From positions 29,735-93,734 of the forward strand of contig JAUYKW010000001.1 in the NCBI GenBank assembly GCA_030698395.1: 64,000 nt of DNA. The letters run 5' to 3'. This DNA is from a bacterium. Its GTDB lineage: Bacteria > Patescibacteriota > Patescibacteriia > UBA9570. Below, one piece after another: positions 12,024 through 23,000 of this stretch (position 1 is its first letter; each line of letters opens with the position of its first letter). Under the pieces are notes generated by a model. That model did no database searches. It worked only from the letters and a program-made list of their open reading frames with translations, and had not been told where the DNA came from. The translations under genes were made by a program, and so were the position numbers.

Positions 12024-13169
12024 ATGTCTAATATCTTGTTCGATTATAAAAAAACAGCTCAGGTACAATCAAAAAAACTCAACGCTACTGCCAAACAGTT
12101 AGAGAAATATTCAACGCGCCTACAGAAAATTGCTGAAGCAAAAGATTATTCTACCAACGAAGCTTCATTGCAACTTCCCTTCGATACAAATAATCTGAAA
12201 GAAGTAAAATCTCTTGCAAAGAAAGTTAGCTCGAAAAAATTGAAACAAGTTGTAGTAATTGGAATTGGCGGCTCAAATTTAGGAACCATAGCAATATACG
12301 AAGCTATCTATAGCAAACTAGATCATTTAGATAGCAAACGACTACCTAAACTACTTTTTTTGGATACTGTTTCAAGTTTAAAAATGCAGCATGTTGTTCA
12401 ATCTGTTAACGAATTAAAAACTGCTCAAGAATTTCTAGTGGTTGCGATTAGTAAATCTGGCGGCACAGCTGAAACCATCGCAAACTTAGAAGTAGTGTGG
12501 GCGCAACTTGGCAAGAAATTTAAAAGTGTAAAAAAGAGAACAGTATTTATTACTGATTTTGAATCGAAATTATGGAAGAAGGCAGAGGAAGAAAAAATTT
12601 ACAAACTGCAAATACCAAAAATGGTTGGTGGTCGTTATTCTGTATTCTCTAGTGTTGGTTTGCTTCCTTTGTATCTTGCTGGAATTAATATTGATAAATT
12701 ACTAAAAGGTGCTAGAACAGCCATTGATAATTGCACTAGTTTAGATTTAAAACAAAATCAAGCTTTAGTAAGTGCAATCTTAACGGTTACACACAGTAAA
12801 AAGAAAATAAACATTCACAATACTTTCTTATTCAATCCAGAATTAGAATCAACCGGAAAATGGTATCGCCAACTAATGGGTGAAAGCGTTGGCAAAGAAC
12901 ATGACTTATCTGGCAAGACTATACGTGCAGGAATCACACCTATTGTTTCTATCGGATCAACCGATCTCCATTCAATGGCTCAGCTATATTTTGGTGGCCC
13001 GAAAGATAAATTCACCAACATTGTATATTATTCATCTGGTCCGAGCGTAAAAGTTGAATCACTCGCCTTGGCTGGCTTAGTAAATGGCATTAAAGGAAAA
13101 TCATTCTCCAAAATCATGCAAGCCATTATTGGTGGCGTCACTGTAGCATACAAAAGAGCTACCATATAA
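12024..13169 (+). pseudogene. pgi: Glucose-6-phosphate isomerase, C-terminally truncated
   Basis: GIGGSNLG, SKSGGTAET, VGGRYSVFS, QLMGESVGK, DLHSMAQ present; stops at 381 aa before the conserved (P)FDQPGVE.K segment. Confidence 0.7.
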
Positions 13170-13236
13170 GCAACATACAAAAGTATGAAATATCGAAATA
13201 TTATATTATGTTAGGTATTATTTCTTTTAGGAATCT

Positions 13237-13268
13237 AAAAAGCCAGCAATAAATACTACTGGCTTTTA
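13237..13268. terminator. Bidirectional hairpin between convergent genes
   Basis: aaaagccag...ctggctttt with A/T flanks. Confidence 0.55.
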
Positions 13269-13281
13269 AATTGAAAAACTT

Positions 13282-13719
13282 CTACAAAGCCTTTGCAAGT
13301 GCGACAACAGTGTACCAACAAATTAGACTAATCATGCCAGAGATCATTGCCATCTTTTTAACTTTTAGCATTTCTGGTGTTGGTTTGCCATCTACTGGTG
13401 ACAACTTCGCCATCTTTGGTTTAATTCCGAAACTCATCAGAAAGCCATTAATAACCAAAACAAGTACAACAATCATTTTTATTCGGAACAGTCCTTCTGC
13501 TGGTTCTTCCATTGATGATAAGATTGGACCAGTGATACCTAATAGAATAATACCTCCCCAAATTAACTTACTAATAATGGACATTATCTTGCCTCCAGCT
13601 TTGGCTAACTCTGCATCTTTACTGCTTTTGATCATGAGAAGCGTTACTATTGTGGCACCACCTACTCCCCAAGCCATTCCAACAAGATGAAAAAACTTAA
13701 CTATTGCTTCTGCTTCCAT
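13282..13719 (-). CDS. Four-TM membrane protein
   Basis: H..G...GVGGA first helix and four hydrophobic segments; ATG at 13719. Confidence 0.7.
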   Translation of the reverse strand: MEAEAIVKFFHLVGMAWGVGGATIVTLLMIKSSKDAELAKAGGKIMSIISKLIWGGIILLGITGPILSSMEEPAEGLFRIKMIVVLVLVINGFLMSFGIKPKMAKLSPVDGKPTPEMLKVKKMAMISGMISLICWYTVVALAKAL

Positions 13720-13850
13720 ATTTATCTCAACTTTAATATTTTGTTCTAAAACCAGAATAGCACTTACTGGTATTTTACTCAATTATTCACTCATTCAGTT
13801 ATAAAGTGTTATAATAATCATAGACACTTTTTACAAATAATACAGTACAA

Positions 13851-15635
13851 ATGAAAATATTAAATAATATGAAATCAGTTGCGCAACTAACTTTTACTTT
13901 CTTTGTTGTTGTAATAGCTACAGTAATAGTATTCAGCGCTACAAAACCTGCTGTCTCACAAGCAGAAGAATTAAATTTAAAGGCTACTACGCCTATACAA
14001 GGATTTCAAGTTGAAACTCTAAGATCAAACAAAGTTAAATTGGATTGGAAAAAATATGAGGGTGTAAACAAATATCGCATTGCAGTGATTAATGCAGAAA
14101 GTGGTAAAAGAAAAAAAGTGTTATATACAAATAGAACCAAAAAAACTGTAAAAAGATTAAAGCATGACACAGATTATGAATTCAAACTACGAGCTAAAGC
14201 AAAAAGTAAAAAAAATATAAAAGCAAATGCACTTACTTCACATACAAAAGTTAGCTTTACTCCAGAAGCATTCACAGTAGAGGATGATTATAACGGATCT
14301 ACGTTAGGTGCAGTATATCCAACAGCAGATATCGCATTTGTAGATGGCCATGAAGGACAAGGGATGATTCACGTATATAGTCCAACTGATGATGGAGGAG
14401 AATTACGAGCGAATGCTTTGGGATACGAAATTAATGATGGAGATCTAATGGATTCCCGATCTGGAACAATCGAACTTTGGGTAAATCCCGCTAGTGATGT
14501 AATCGAGAACTCAAACACTCATGGGCTTATGTCTGCATGGACTCACAATGGAATCAATCGCTGGGGTATTACTGTTTATCAGAACCAATTAATAGTTTAT
14601 AGAGATTTTGCGCCATGTATTAGATCTATCAATAGAATAGATTATACTTTTGAAACAGGGCAATGGTATAAATTAACCATGTCTTGGCGTGGACCACTGA
14701 CAACATTCTATATCAACAATGAAGAAGTAGGTACGTTTGAAAATGAAAGCCGTAACATCTATAAAACAGGAGGCAGCTATGATCATGCAGACGATGGCAC
14801 TTTAAAAGTTGGAGATGATTTATTTGTATCAGATAATCTTCGAGTATCAAAAGAATCTACTCTACCAGTACAAAAAATTAATTACGATGAAATAGACAAT
14901 ATAGAGTGTCCAAATTTTGTTGGCATGCTAGACGAAAATATTGATGAAGAATACGAAAATATTAAATTGCATAATTTCCCTAGCCAAGAAACTAGAAACG
15001 TTATTAAGGGATATATTGATGATCTTCCTAACTCATATTTCGATAATGGATCAGCAACCCAAGATATTCAACATATAGTTCTAGTTGACGATTCTCAATA
15101 TGAAGTAGGCCAACGAACTGGCGATAACACAGGGTCCATTGCAAATTTCGCTTTCTATGGCAGAGCGATGTATTTAAAGGAATCATATTTTGATACAGTT
15201 GCAGAATTAGAAGATCAACAAAAGAATTTCTTTCATGAAGCTGGGCATGCACATATTTATAGCCAAGGATTGAACTATAGCGGACCCTTTAGTGGAAGCA
15301 CCCGTACTGAGTGGGGCAAAATATCCGGCTTAAGTACTTATGCTGGTGAATGTACAAACCCAGACACATTTATATTAGAAGATGGATTCCTCACAGCTCA
15401 TGGATCTACCATGCCAGATGAGGATTTAGCAGAATGGGCCGGTATTGTTATGGATATGTATCAAAAAGATTCTACATTCGCGGTTTATCTAAATCCCGCA
15501 AAACCAAAATATAGCAACAAATTTCAACAAAAAATTGATTTCCTTCTAGAAAAGAAATTTATCACCCAAAAAATTTACGATGCTGTGACTCGTAATCAAA
15601 ATAATGTTACAGACTATACAATGTTTAATGGCTGA
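13851..15635 (+). CDS. Secreted FN3 + LamG-like + zinc metallopeptidase protein
   Basis: Signal peptide; FN3 (LKHDTDYEFKLRA); LamG-like SGTIELWVNP/GQWYKLTMSW; HEAGH and EDLAE zinc ligands. Confidence 0.75.
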   Translation: MKILNNMKSVAQLTFTFFVVVIATVIVFSATKPAVSQAEELNLKATTPIQGFQVETLRSNKVKLDWKKYEGVNKYRIAVINAESGKRKKVLYTNRTKKTVKRLKHDTDYEFKLRAKAKSKKNIKANALTSHTKVSFTPEAFTVEDDYNGSTLGAVYPTADIAFVDGHEGQGMIHVYSPTDDGGELRANALGYEINDGDLMDSRSGTIELWVNPASDVIENSNTHGLMSAWTHNGINRWGITVYQNQLIVYRDFAPCIRSINRIDYTFETGQWYKLTMSWRGPLTTFYINNEEVGTFENESRNIYKTGGSYDHADDGTLKVGDDLFVSDNLRVSKESTLPVQKINYDEIDNIECPNFVGMLDENIDEEYENIKLHNFPSQETRNVIKGYIDDLPNSYFDNGSATQDIQHIVLVDDSQYEVGQRTGDNTGSIANFAFYGRAMYLKESYFDTVAELEDQQKNFFHEAGHAHIYSQGLNYSGPFSGSTRTEWGKISGLSTYAGECTNPDTFILEDGFLTAHGSTMPDEDLAEWAGIVMDMYQKDSTFAVYLNPAKPKYSNKFQQKIDFLLEKKFITQKIYDAVTRNQNNVTDYTMFNG

Positions 15636-15890
15636 TTAAATAAAGTTGTCAAACTCATCGTCCTCTGCAACAACACTGCTGTCACTGCCGATAATATTTT
15701 GTACCCGCCCTACTTGACCATCCTCTAACCTTACTTTAATACCACGCGGATGAATGGCTTTGCTAGTTAATAGATTCTTTACTATACCTCTAGTTAAAGT
15801 GCCAGTTTTCTGATCTTTTTTTAAAACAATATCTACTTCTAGCCCAGGATAGATATCTGCTCTATTTTGTCCATCATTCATATATTTCAT
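15636..15890 (-). CDS. YwbE/DUF2196 family protein
   Basis: IVLKKDQKTG.LTRG.V..LLT....HPRGIKVRLEDGQVGRVQ signature. Confidence 0.9.
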   Translation of the reverse strand: MKYMNDGQNRADIYPGLEVDIVLKKDQKTGTLTRGIVKNLLTSKAIHPRGIKVRLEDGQVGRVQNIIGSDSSVVAEDDEFDNFI

Positions 15891-16012
15891 TATAAGGCAT
15901 GATTATCAGCTAACCAAATTATGTATTCTTCCCAATTTGCCAGCATGACTCATTTTAGGCATAATGATTATGCCTGATACTTACAATGAATTAGCAAATA
16001 GACTAAGAGAAA

Positions 16013-16555
16013 ATGGATAAAGAGGAAATTATCAATAGTATAAAACTCAGTCAAACAGGAAATACTGAAGCGTTTGGTCGTTTATTTGATTACTACTACC
16101 CTGAAATTCATCGCTATATTTACTATCGCGTAGGACACCAACAAGATGCTGAGGATGTAACAGCTAGTATATTTATCAAAATTTGGGATAAGATTAATCT
16201 CTACGACCAAGAAAAAGCATCATTTAGAGTTTGGATTTACCGGGTTGCTCACAACCATATGGTAGATTTTTACCGAAAAAAACGAGAAACGTACGAATTG
16301 CACGAAAATGCTATGTTAATGGATCCCAAAGACAACCCTGAAATCCTAACAAATCAAGAGAAAAAGCGCCTATTAGAAGCATTAAACAAGCTAACTCCAG
16401 TCCAACAACAGATATTACAACTACAATTCTTTTCTGATTTGAGTAACAAAGAAATAGCGAACATCGTAGATAAGAAGGAAGGAGCAATCAGAGCAATCCA
16501 ATTCAGAGCCTTAAGAACTCTTTTAGACGAGCTAAAACCTTATTATGAAGAATAG
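16013..16555 (+). CDS. ECF (sigma-70 family) sigma factor
   Basis: DAEDVTASIFIK, FRVWIYRVAHN, region-4 HTH. Confidence 0.93.
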   Translation: MDKEEIINSIKLSQTGNTEAFGRLFDYYYPEIHRYIYYRVGHQQDAEDVTASIFIKIWDKINLYDQEKASFRVWIYRVAHNHMVDFYRKKRETYELHENAMLMDPKDNPEILTNQEKKRLLEALNKLTPVQQQILQLQFFSDLSNKEIANIVDKKEGAIRAIQFRALRTLLDELKPYYEE

Positions 16556-17585
16556 ATTATATAAAACAATTGATAGAACGCTAAAGCGGGGTAATGATGG
16601 TGCCCTGAATTCTTTTGTTGGAATGATTAGAGATGAACTACCAGTATCATCATCAACAAACAAGGAAAAAGTAAAAGAACAAGTTCTTGCATCCATCGCT
16701 AATAGACCACAAAAAATAACAAGCTCAGAACCAGAGCATGTAAGTAGTAGTAAGAACTATAAAAAATCATCGATTATTATAGCAATAATCGTAGCATGTA
16801 CTTTAGCATCTTCAGCCTCATATGCTTCATATTACTATTGGAATGAAGTTCAAGACGATCCAATGCTTGAAGAAAGAGGAACGCTACCACTCATCATAGA
16901 AAAAGTACAAACAGATGTGGAAGAGATTTTTAAGAAGAAATCAACAATGCCTATACCTGATGATAATGCAAAATTAGAAACACCTCCCAACAACCTATCG
17001 GATAACAATGAAGCATCAGAAGATAGTGAAGGAGTAGAAAATGATGAAAATCAAGAAGTTAAAAATACAAATAAAAAAGAAAATAAAAAAATTAAGAATG
17101 ACGCAAAATTAGAAGAAGAAAAAAAAGACAACTCCACTATTGAAGACTCTCCTGAAATAGTTGAAGAAAACAAAGAAGAAACAAATGATATCAATGAGGA
17201 TAGTATTATTGCAGATACTCCTAGTTTAGATGAAAATAACGAAAAAGATAATCAAACTGAACCAGCTATCAAAAACGAAGTTGATAGTGATGATACGATT
17301 AAAGAAGATGAACAAAAAGTTGAAATTCCAGAATCTAATGAACCCAATGAGATAGACGAAACAAATGAAGAGGATATAAAAGAAGACACAATGAAAATTG
17401 AAAATTCCCCTGCACTTGAAATTAAACCATTCAATAAGCTGGGGGTAATAGAAGAAACAACTACAATTGAAAAAGAAGATGCCGTAATTAATAAAGCAGA
17501 GATAATTATTAACAAGAAAAATTTTCTCCAGCAAAACTTAAGTAAAGAAGATTTACAAAAGATAATAAACAAAATTGGAAACTAA
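16545..17585 (+). CDS. Probable anti-sigma-like membrane protein with acidic low-complexity tail
   Basis: Overlaps the sigma gene; single TM after about 75 aa; E/N/D/K-rich C-terminus. Confidence 0.55.
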   Translation: MKNRLYKTIDRTLKRGNDGALNSFVGMIRDELPVSSSTNKEKVKEQVLASIANRPQKITSSEPEHVSSSKNYKKSSIIIAIIVACTLASSASYASYYYWNEVQDDPMLEERGTLPLIIEKVQTDVEEIFKKKSTMPIPDDNAKLETPPNNLSDNNEASEDSEGVENDENQEVKNTNKKENKKIKNDAKLEEEKKDNSTIEDSPEIVEENKEETNDINEDSIIADTPSLDENNEKDNQTEPAIKNEVDSDDTIKEDEQKVEIPESNEPNEIDETNEEDIKEDTMKIENSPALEIKPFNKLGVIEETTTIEKEDAVINKAEIIINKKNFLQQNLSKEDLQKIINKIGN

Positions 17586-17602
17586 TAATTAGCATAATAA
17601 AT

Positions 17603-18727
17603 ATGCAAAACACAAACTATTTAAAAGACCATCAGCTTGTCACATTTATTGTGGTGGGTATTATTGCTCTGTTATCAGTAGCATTACTAACAACATCGGT
17701 ACTAGCAACTAGCAATAGTCAACGTGATGCAGACAAAGATGGTGTAGATGATTTAACAGACTATAATCCATATGATCATGATGACGATGGTATACCAGAT
17801 GATGTAGATGTTGATGATGATAATGATGGGTATGCAGACTGCGTAGAAAAAGGTAAATATAAGTTAGATCATGACAATGACGGAACCAGAGATAAAAATG
17901 ATACAGATGACGATAATGATGGCATATTAGATTTTGAAGATGCTTGGATGTTTGATAATGACAATGATGGTGTTGATGATGCTCAAGAAAATCGTTTAAC
18001 AGATCCAGCCGAAGATTTAGATAAAGATGGAATTCCCGATGCAATTGAGCGAGGCAAATATGTAAATAATCATGACAATGACAAATTAAAAGATAATGTA
18101 GATTTAGATGATGATAATGATGGTGAATTAGATAAAACTGAAACAAAGCACGATAAAAAAAATCATGACAACGACGAGAAAAAAGACAAAAAAGATCTAG
18201 ATGATGATAATGATGGTTTAAATGATTATGACGAAGGAAACTGCAAACTTCATCACGATCATGATAATGATGGAGACAAAGACGGCCATGATTCTGATGA
18301 CGACAATGACGGAATAGAAGATGCAGACGAAGTGGAGGGTCAAGAACACGATCAAGATAACGATGGCATCGAAGACGACGAAGATTACGATCAAGATAAC
18401 GATGGTGTTCAAGATCAAGGATCAGCAGCTGCAAGTGCTATCGAAGAAGCTCGTGACAACATAAATGACGCCGATGAAAAAATAGCTGAAGCATCGTCTA
18501 AAATTGATGAAGCGGATAATGAAGGTCGTGATACTACAGCTGCTACTGAAAAATACAATCAATCACTAGATTATCAAGATCGAGCTAATACTACTTATAA
18601 TCTAGCGCAGATAAACTATGACGATAGTGATTATATTTCAGCAGAAGAAAATGCAATGATTGCAGAAGGCCTTGCAAAAACTGCAAAAAAACTTGCTGAT
18701 CAAGCAAAAGATCTCGCAGACAACTAA
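17603..18727 (+). CDS. Secreted Asp-rich Ca-binding (TSP3-like) repeat protein
   Basis: Signal/anchor; many D(H/D)DNDG..D repeats; helical Ala-rich C-terminus. Confidence 0.8.
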   Translation: MQNTNYLKDHQLVTFIVVGIIALLSVALLTTSVLATSNSQRDADKDGVDDLTDYNPYDHDDDGIPDDVDVDDDNDGYADCVEKGKYKLDHDNDGTRDKNDTDDDNDGILDFEDAWMFDNDNDGVDDAQENRLTDPAEDLDKDGIPDAIERGKYVNNHDNDKLKDNVDLDDDNDGELDKTETKHDKKNHDNDEKKDKKDLDDDNDGLNDYDEGNCKLHHDHDNDGDKDGHDSDDDNDGIEDADEVEGQEHDQDNDGIEDDEDYDQDNDGVQDQGSAAASAIEEARDNINDADEKIAEASSKIDEADNEGRDTTAATEKYNQSLDYQDRANTTYNLAQINYDDSDYISAEENAMIAEGLAKTAKKLADQAKDLADN

Positions 18728-18756
18728 ATCGGCAACGAACTAAAAAACGCGTGATC

Positions 18757-19362
18757 CTAATGGTTTGCGCGTTTTTGGATTGTAGATAATATTAGAATAA
18801 CGCCAAATGCAATAAGTAAGGTAGTTTGATAAATGGGTTGCCAATCTACAAAATAATGCAATAAAAAAGAGCTACTTATAGAACTAATAAGTATTATCCC
18901 AGCAGATAAAAACGATGACTTTATAAAATTATCCGACTTTACTTGTAACATCAACCTCAACATTAATAAAAATATTAAAATTTGTCCTACAGCATATCCC
19001 TGAACGATATAATCTATAATATCGTATCCTCCTTTAGCTTTAATCATATATGCCGTTGCGAACAATATCAATAAATAAACAAAAACCGCACTATAGGTTA
19101 AAACATATGCTGATATTTTTTTTGTAAGAATTGTTTTCTGATTTGTAAAATATATCAATACTAAAGTACCACTAGAAATAGTTAGCAGTATTAAGAAGAT
19201 TACAAAACTAGAATTCTCTGATGCTACATACTTAATTAACTCATGATCTTTTCCAAAAAATAACAACTGCGATACTAGTACAGCATACATCCAAAGCGCA
19301 GAATCCTCAGACGCTCTTGGTAACCATAATCTCAAACGCTCTAATTTTTCTCTATTATTCAT
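18757..19362 (-). CDS. Hypothetical membrane protein
   Basis: 201-aa ORF with about 6 hydrophobic segments. Confidence 0.65.
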   Translation of the reverse strand: MNNREKLERLRLWLPRASEDSALWMYAVLVSQLLFFGKDHELIKYVASENSSFVIFLILLTISSGTLVLIYFTNQKTILTKKISAYVLTYSAVFVYLLILFATAYMIKAKGGYDIIDYIVQGYAVGQILIFLLMLRLMLQVKSDNFIKSSFLSAGIILISSISSSFLLHYFVDWQPIYQTTLLIAFGVILILSTIQKRANH

Positions 19363-19472
19363 TGATTTGCATTATATCCCATTTTAAATACTACCGCCAA
19401 TAGTATGATTGTCGACATTTACCACAGCACATTATTAACATATACTTAAGATAACTTATTATCGTTATAAAT

Positions 19473-20096
19473 ATGAAAATAAAAAATAAACAATATCTTA
19501 TCCGTGGTGGATTTTTTTTATTATTTTGTCTGCTAATGATACTACTATTTGATTGGGTTATATTTGGAAATCAACAAACCAATACGCAACACGTTCAAGT
19601 TGTAACATCAGATAATAACACTGATTCAATGATAACAATTGATCTTACTGAAGGTTTAAATATGGATCGTGGAATAAACATTGGTCATCAAGATTTTATT
19701 AAAGCTTTTTCTAAAATTGATAATGTAAATCTAGAATTTATTGAACATGAGAGAATTGAAGATAAGGAAAATTTTATCGCTGAAATTAATAATGCTCAAA
19801 TACAGTTAATCGGTCCAGACAATAACGTGCAAACAGCTGTTTTCTCATTCTATAACTCTGATAATAATGAAGATAATACTGCATCACTAGTAATTGCAGA
19901 AGATTTTATCACAGTAGTTGAACCAAAATATACTAGCGAGATACTGATATGGTTTTTGCAACAAATCCAGCAAGATTATGATACTAACGGGGAATACATA
20001 TCTAATTACAGCATCAACGGTAAAGATTATAATTTTCATATGACAAAACTCCTAGAAAAATATTCTCTAGAAATTAAAGCTTCTTACCAAAAATAA
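19473..20096 (+). CDS. Hypothetical membrane-anchored protein
   Basis: N-terminal TM and soluble domain. Confidence 0.65.
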   Translation: MKIKNKQYLIRGGFFLLFCLLMILLFDWVIFGNQQTNTQHVQVVTSDNNTDSMITIDLTEGLNMDRGINIGHQDFIKAFSKIDNVNLEFIEHERIEDKENFIAEINNAQIQLIGPDNNVQTAVFSFYNSDNNEDNTASLVIAEDFITVVEPKYTSEILIWFLQQIQQDYDTNGEYISNYSINGKDYNFHMTKLLEKYSLEIKASYQK

Positions 20097-23000
20097 CTAT
20101 CCAGCAAACTGCTGGCAATATCTGCATTCTCCGCACATTTTATTTTCCTCGGCATCAAGGAATTCTAAATTTTGTATTCCTGTGTAAGTATCAATCACCA
20201 ACTGCTTTAATCCATTTACATCCTCATCTGAAAATTCGTACATCTTATGCGGATAAATTTCGTTCTTCTTACTTTTCTGTACAAAATTAATTTCTCCAGT
20301 ATTAACAGCGTATCTAAATTGCGGTGCCTGATCACATAAAAGTTTATAAAATAATAATTGACGATGATATTCCTTGCCTTTGGCTAATTTGGACGTTTTG
20401 TTATCAGGATTACCAGTCTTATAATCAACAATATGAGCTAGCTTTTTTTCTTCATCAATAATTTCTATTTTATCAATCTTACCGGTAAGAGGAATGCTTT
20501 CGTATTCAACTGAAAAACTATTTTCTACTAATGCGGGAAGCTTAAATCTATCCTGATGCTCATTGTAATAAGCAGTTAATTCCTTATTGCCAAAATCTAG
20601 ACTTTCCGTATAATCTTTTTTTCTAAGAGTTTGCTTGCTCAAATAAAATTCAAATCTTTCTAAAAATGTTTTTAATCCAGCTAATTTTTTTTCTTTCGTA
20701 TAGCTGGCAACTAATTCCTCTAATGAATTATGTACTGCAATGCCATAACCAGCAGAACGATCCTTTGGTTGCGGTACTCGAAGAATATCCTGATAAAGAA
20801 ACTTTCGTGGACATTCTAAATAATCATTCAAGTGACTAGCACTTAATTTATATTCCGCTAACAAATCGCTAATATACTGTCTCTCAATCTGAGAGTAATC
20901 TCTCGGTGGTGCCTTAATCAAAATAGTCTGCAACCTATCCAAAGCCTCATCTTCAACACTATTAGTATCAATTACATCCATAAATTGCTCATCAATTTCC
21001 GATAAGAATATAGAAGGTATAATTGCCCTACCTGTAGCGCTGAATTTTGGATATGTAATATACACCTGTAATTTTGCTCTCGTTAAAGCAACATAGAATA
21101 ACCTCCGTTCATCTTCATTTTTTTCTTTTATATCATTAGATACATCATTAGTTACAATTCCAGATGGTAAGGTTATCTTTTGCCGATTAGGAACATTCCC
21201 CCAATGCTTATCTACACACTGCATGATAAATACATGCTCAAACTCCATCCCCTTCGCGCGATGAGCAGTCATTAATCGCACAGCTTGCTTTTTGGTTTGT
21301 AATTCTTGCTCATTTACAGTTAGCTTGTGTTCTTTAAGAAGGTCGAAATATTCTAAAAATTGCTTTAAATTCATTGCTGGATCTGTTCGATTTAATTTCT
21401 TGATTTCATCTAACAGGGTATTAATGCGATTCAAATGTTCAATTTTTTCTGGAGACTGTAAAACATTTTCTAAAAAACCAGATTCATCTAGTAGTACTTC
21501 AAAGAATCTCACAAACGGCATATTAATACTCATTTGTCTCCAGTTATAAATATTTTTTGCAAACTCAACAAATGGTTTTACATTTACCACTCCTACATCT
21601 TGATGTTTATCAAGCTTATGCATAATTGTTAGCATGTCTTCTTTTTCTTGCCGTGCATAAACAACCAACTGCATAATATCGAAGAGGTTCAACTTCAAAA
21701 AATCAAAATGTAAAATATAAAATAACATATCATTACTACCAGATGCTGCTATGTACCTAAGAAGTTCAATTAAGTTAGATACTTGCTTGTCCTGCAAAAT
21801 ATTCAAACCAGCTTGAAGATGAAAAGGAACCTCCATGAATTCCAAAACATCCATCAAATCATCAGCATCACTATTATTACGGTATAATATTGCAATTTCT
21901 GAAGGATCTGCACCATCGGCAATTAACTGTTGAATATTAGTTACTATCCAATATAATTCTGTATGGCCATTTTCAAACTCACCAACAATAACTTTAGATG
22001 TTGGTAAATCCTGAGCAGCTACCAACTGCTGATTAACGTCTGGTAGATATTTAGTAATGGAATTATCATTGTGACCAATCACAGACTCAGCTGCATCTAA
22101 TATTAACTGATGACTGCGATAATTTTGCTTTAGTCCAACTAAAGAAATTTTATTTTTAAACTTCTTTGCAAAATATATAATATTTTCTAAGGATGCTCCC
22201 TGAAAACGATAAATTGATTGCCGATCATCACCTACAGTAAGAATATTAGGATCATCGAAAAAACTTCCTAACAAATCCACAACTTGATTTTGAGCACCGT
22301 TTGTATCTTGGTATTCATCAACTAAAATATATTGAAATTGCTCTTGATACACAGCAAGTAGTTCATCGTCCTGTTTAAACTGATCTACAACAAACAAAAG
22401 CATATCCTCATAATCATAACGACCACGCTCTTTTAACTCCTGCTGATACAACTCATATATATCAGCCAAAGCTATTTGTTTTGGTAGCTGAGATTTCATT
22501 TTTTCAAAATAACGCTTGATAGTTTGTTTGAACTTGGTACGATTTTTACTATCTTCCGGATCTTCACTGTCTATAAAATACTTATCAAAAAATAATGCCA
22601 AATCTTTTATAACTAATTCTGATTTGTCTGCCTCTTTCATTACTGCAACAACATTTTCGCAATCCTGCATTGTTAATTTTCGAGCATTAATAGCAATGAA
22701 ATCTTCTACTTGTTCGGTCACGTCATTAATTAATGCTGTTAAAGTTGCTACTATCTTTCGATAATCCTCAATACTTATACTTTCTCGTTTTAACGTTTGA
22801 ATAGAACTAATTAAAGAACGAATATAAAAATAAGGCGCCCCAAATGGTTTTAATGGACTATCAACTGCTAACTTGTCAATTACATCAATGAATAATTTCA
22901 CTTGCTCTACATCCGTTAAAGCATCTAAATTATTTGTAAATAGAAATTTCTCTGGATTATCCTGAATTACATCATTACAAAAAGCATGAAACGTACCAAT

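Noticed and set aside
13271-13690. 139-aa + strand ORF
   Set aside because: Antisense to the four-TM membrane protein gene
17720-18420. Repeated gataatgatgg-like units as a CRISPR array
   Set aside because: In-frame degenerate coding repeats with no constant repeat-spacer period and no cas genes
17709-18434. His/Leu-rich 241-aa minus-strand ORF
   Set aside because: Antisense reading of GAT/GAC Asp repeats
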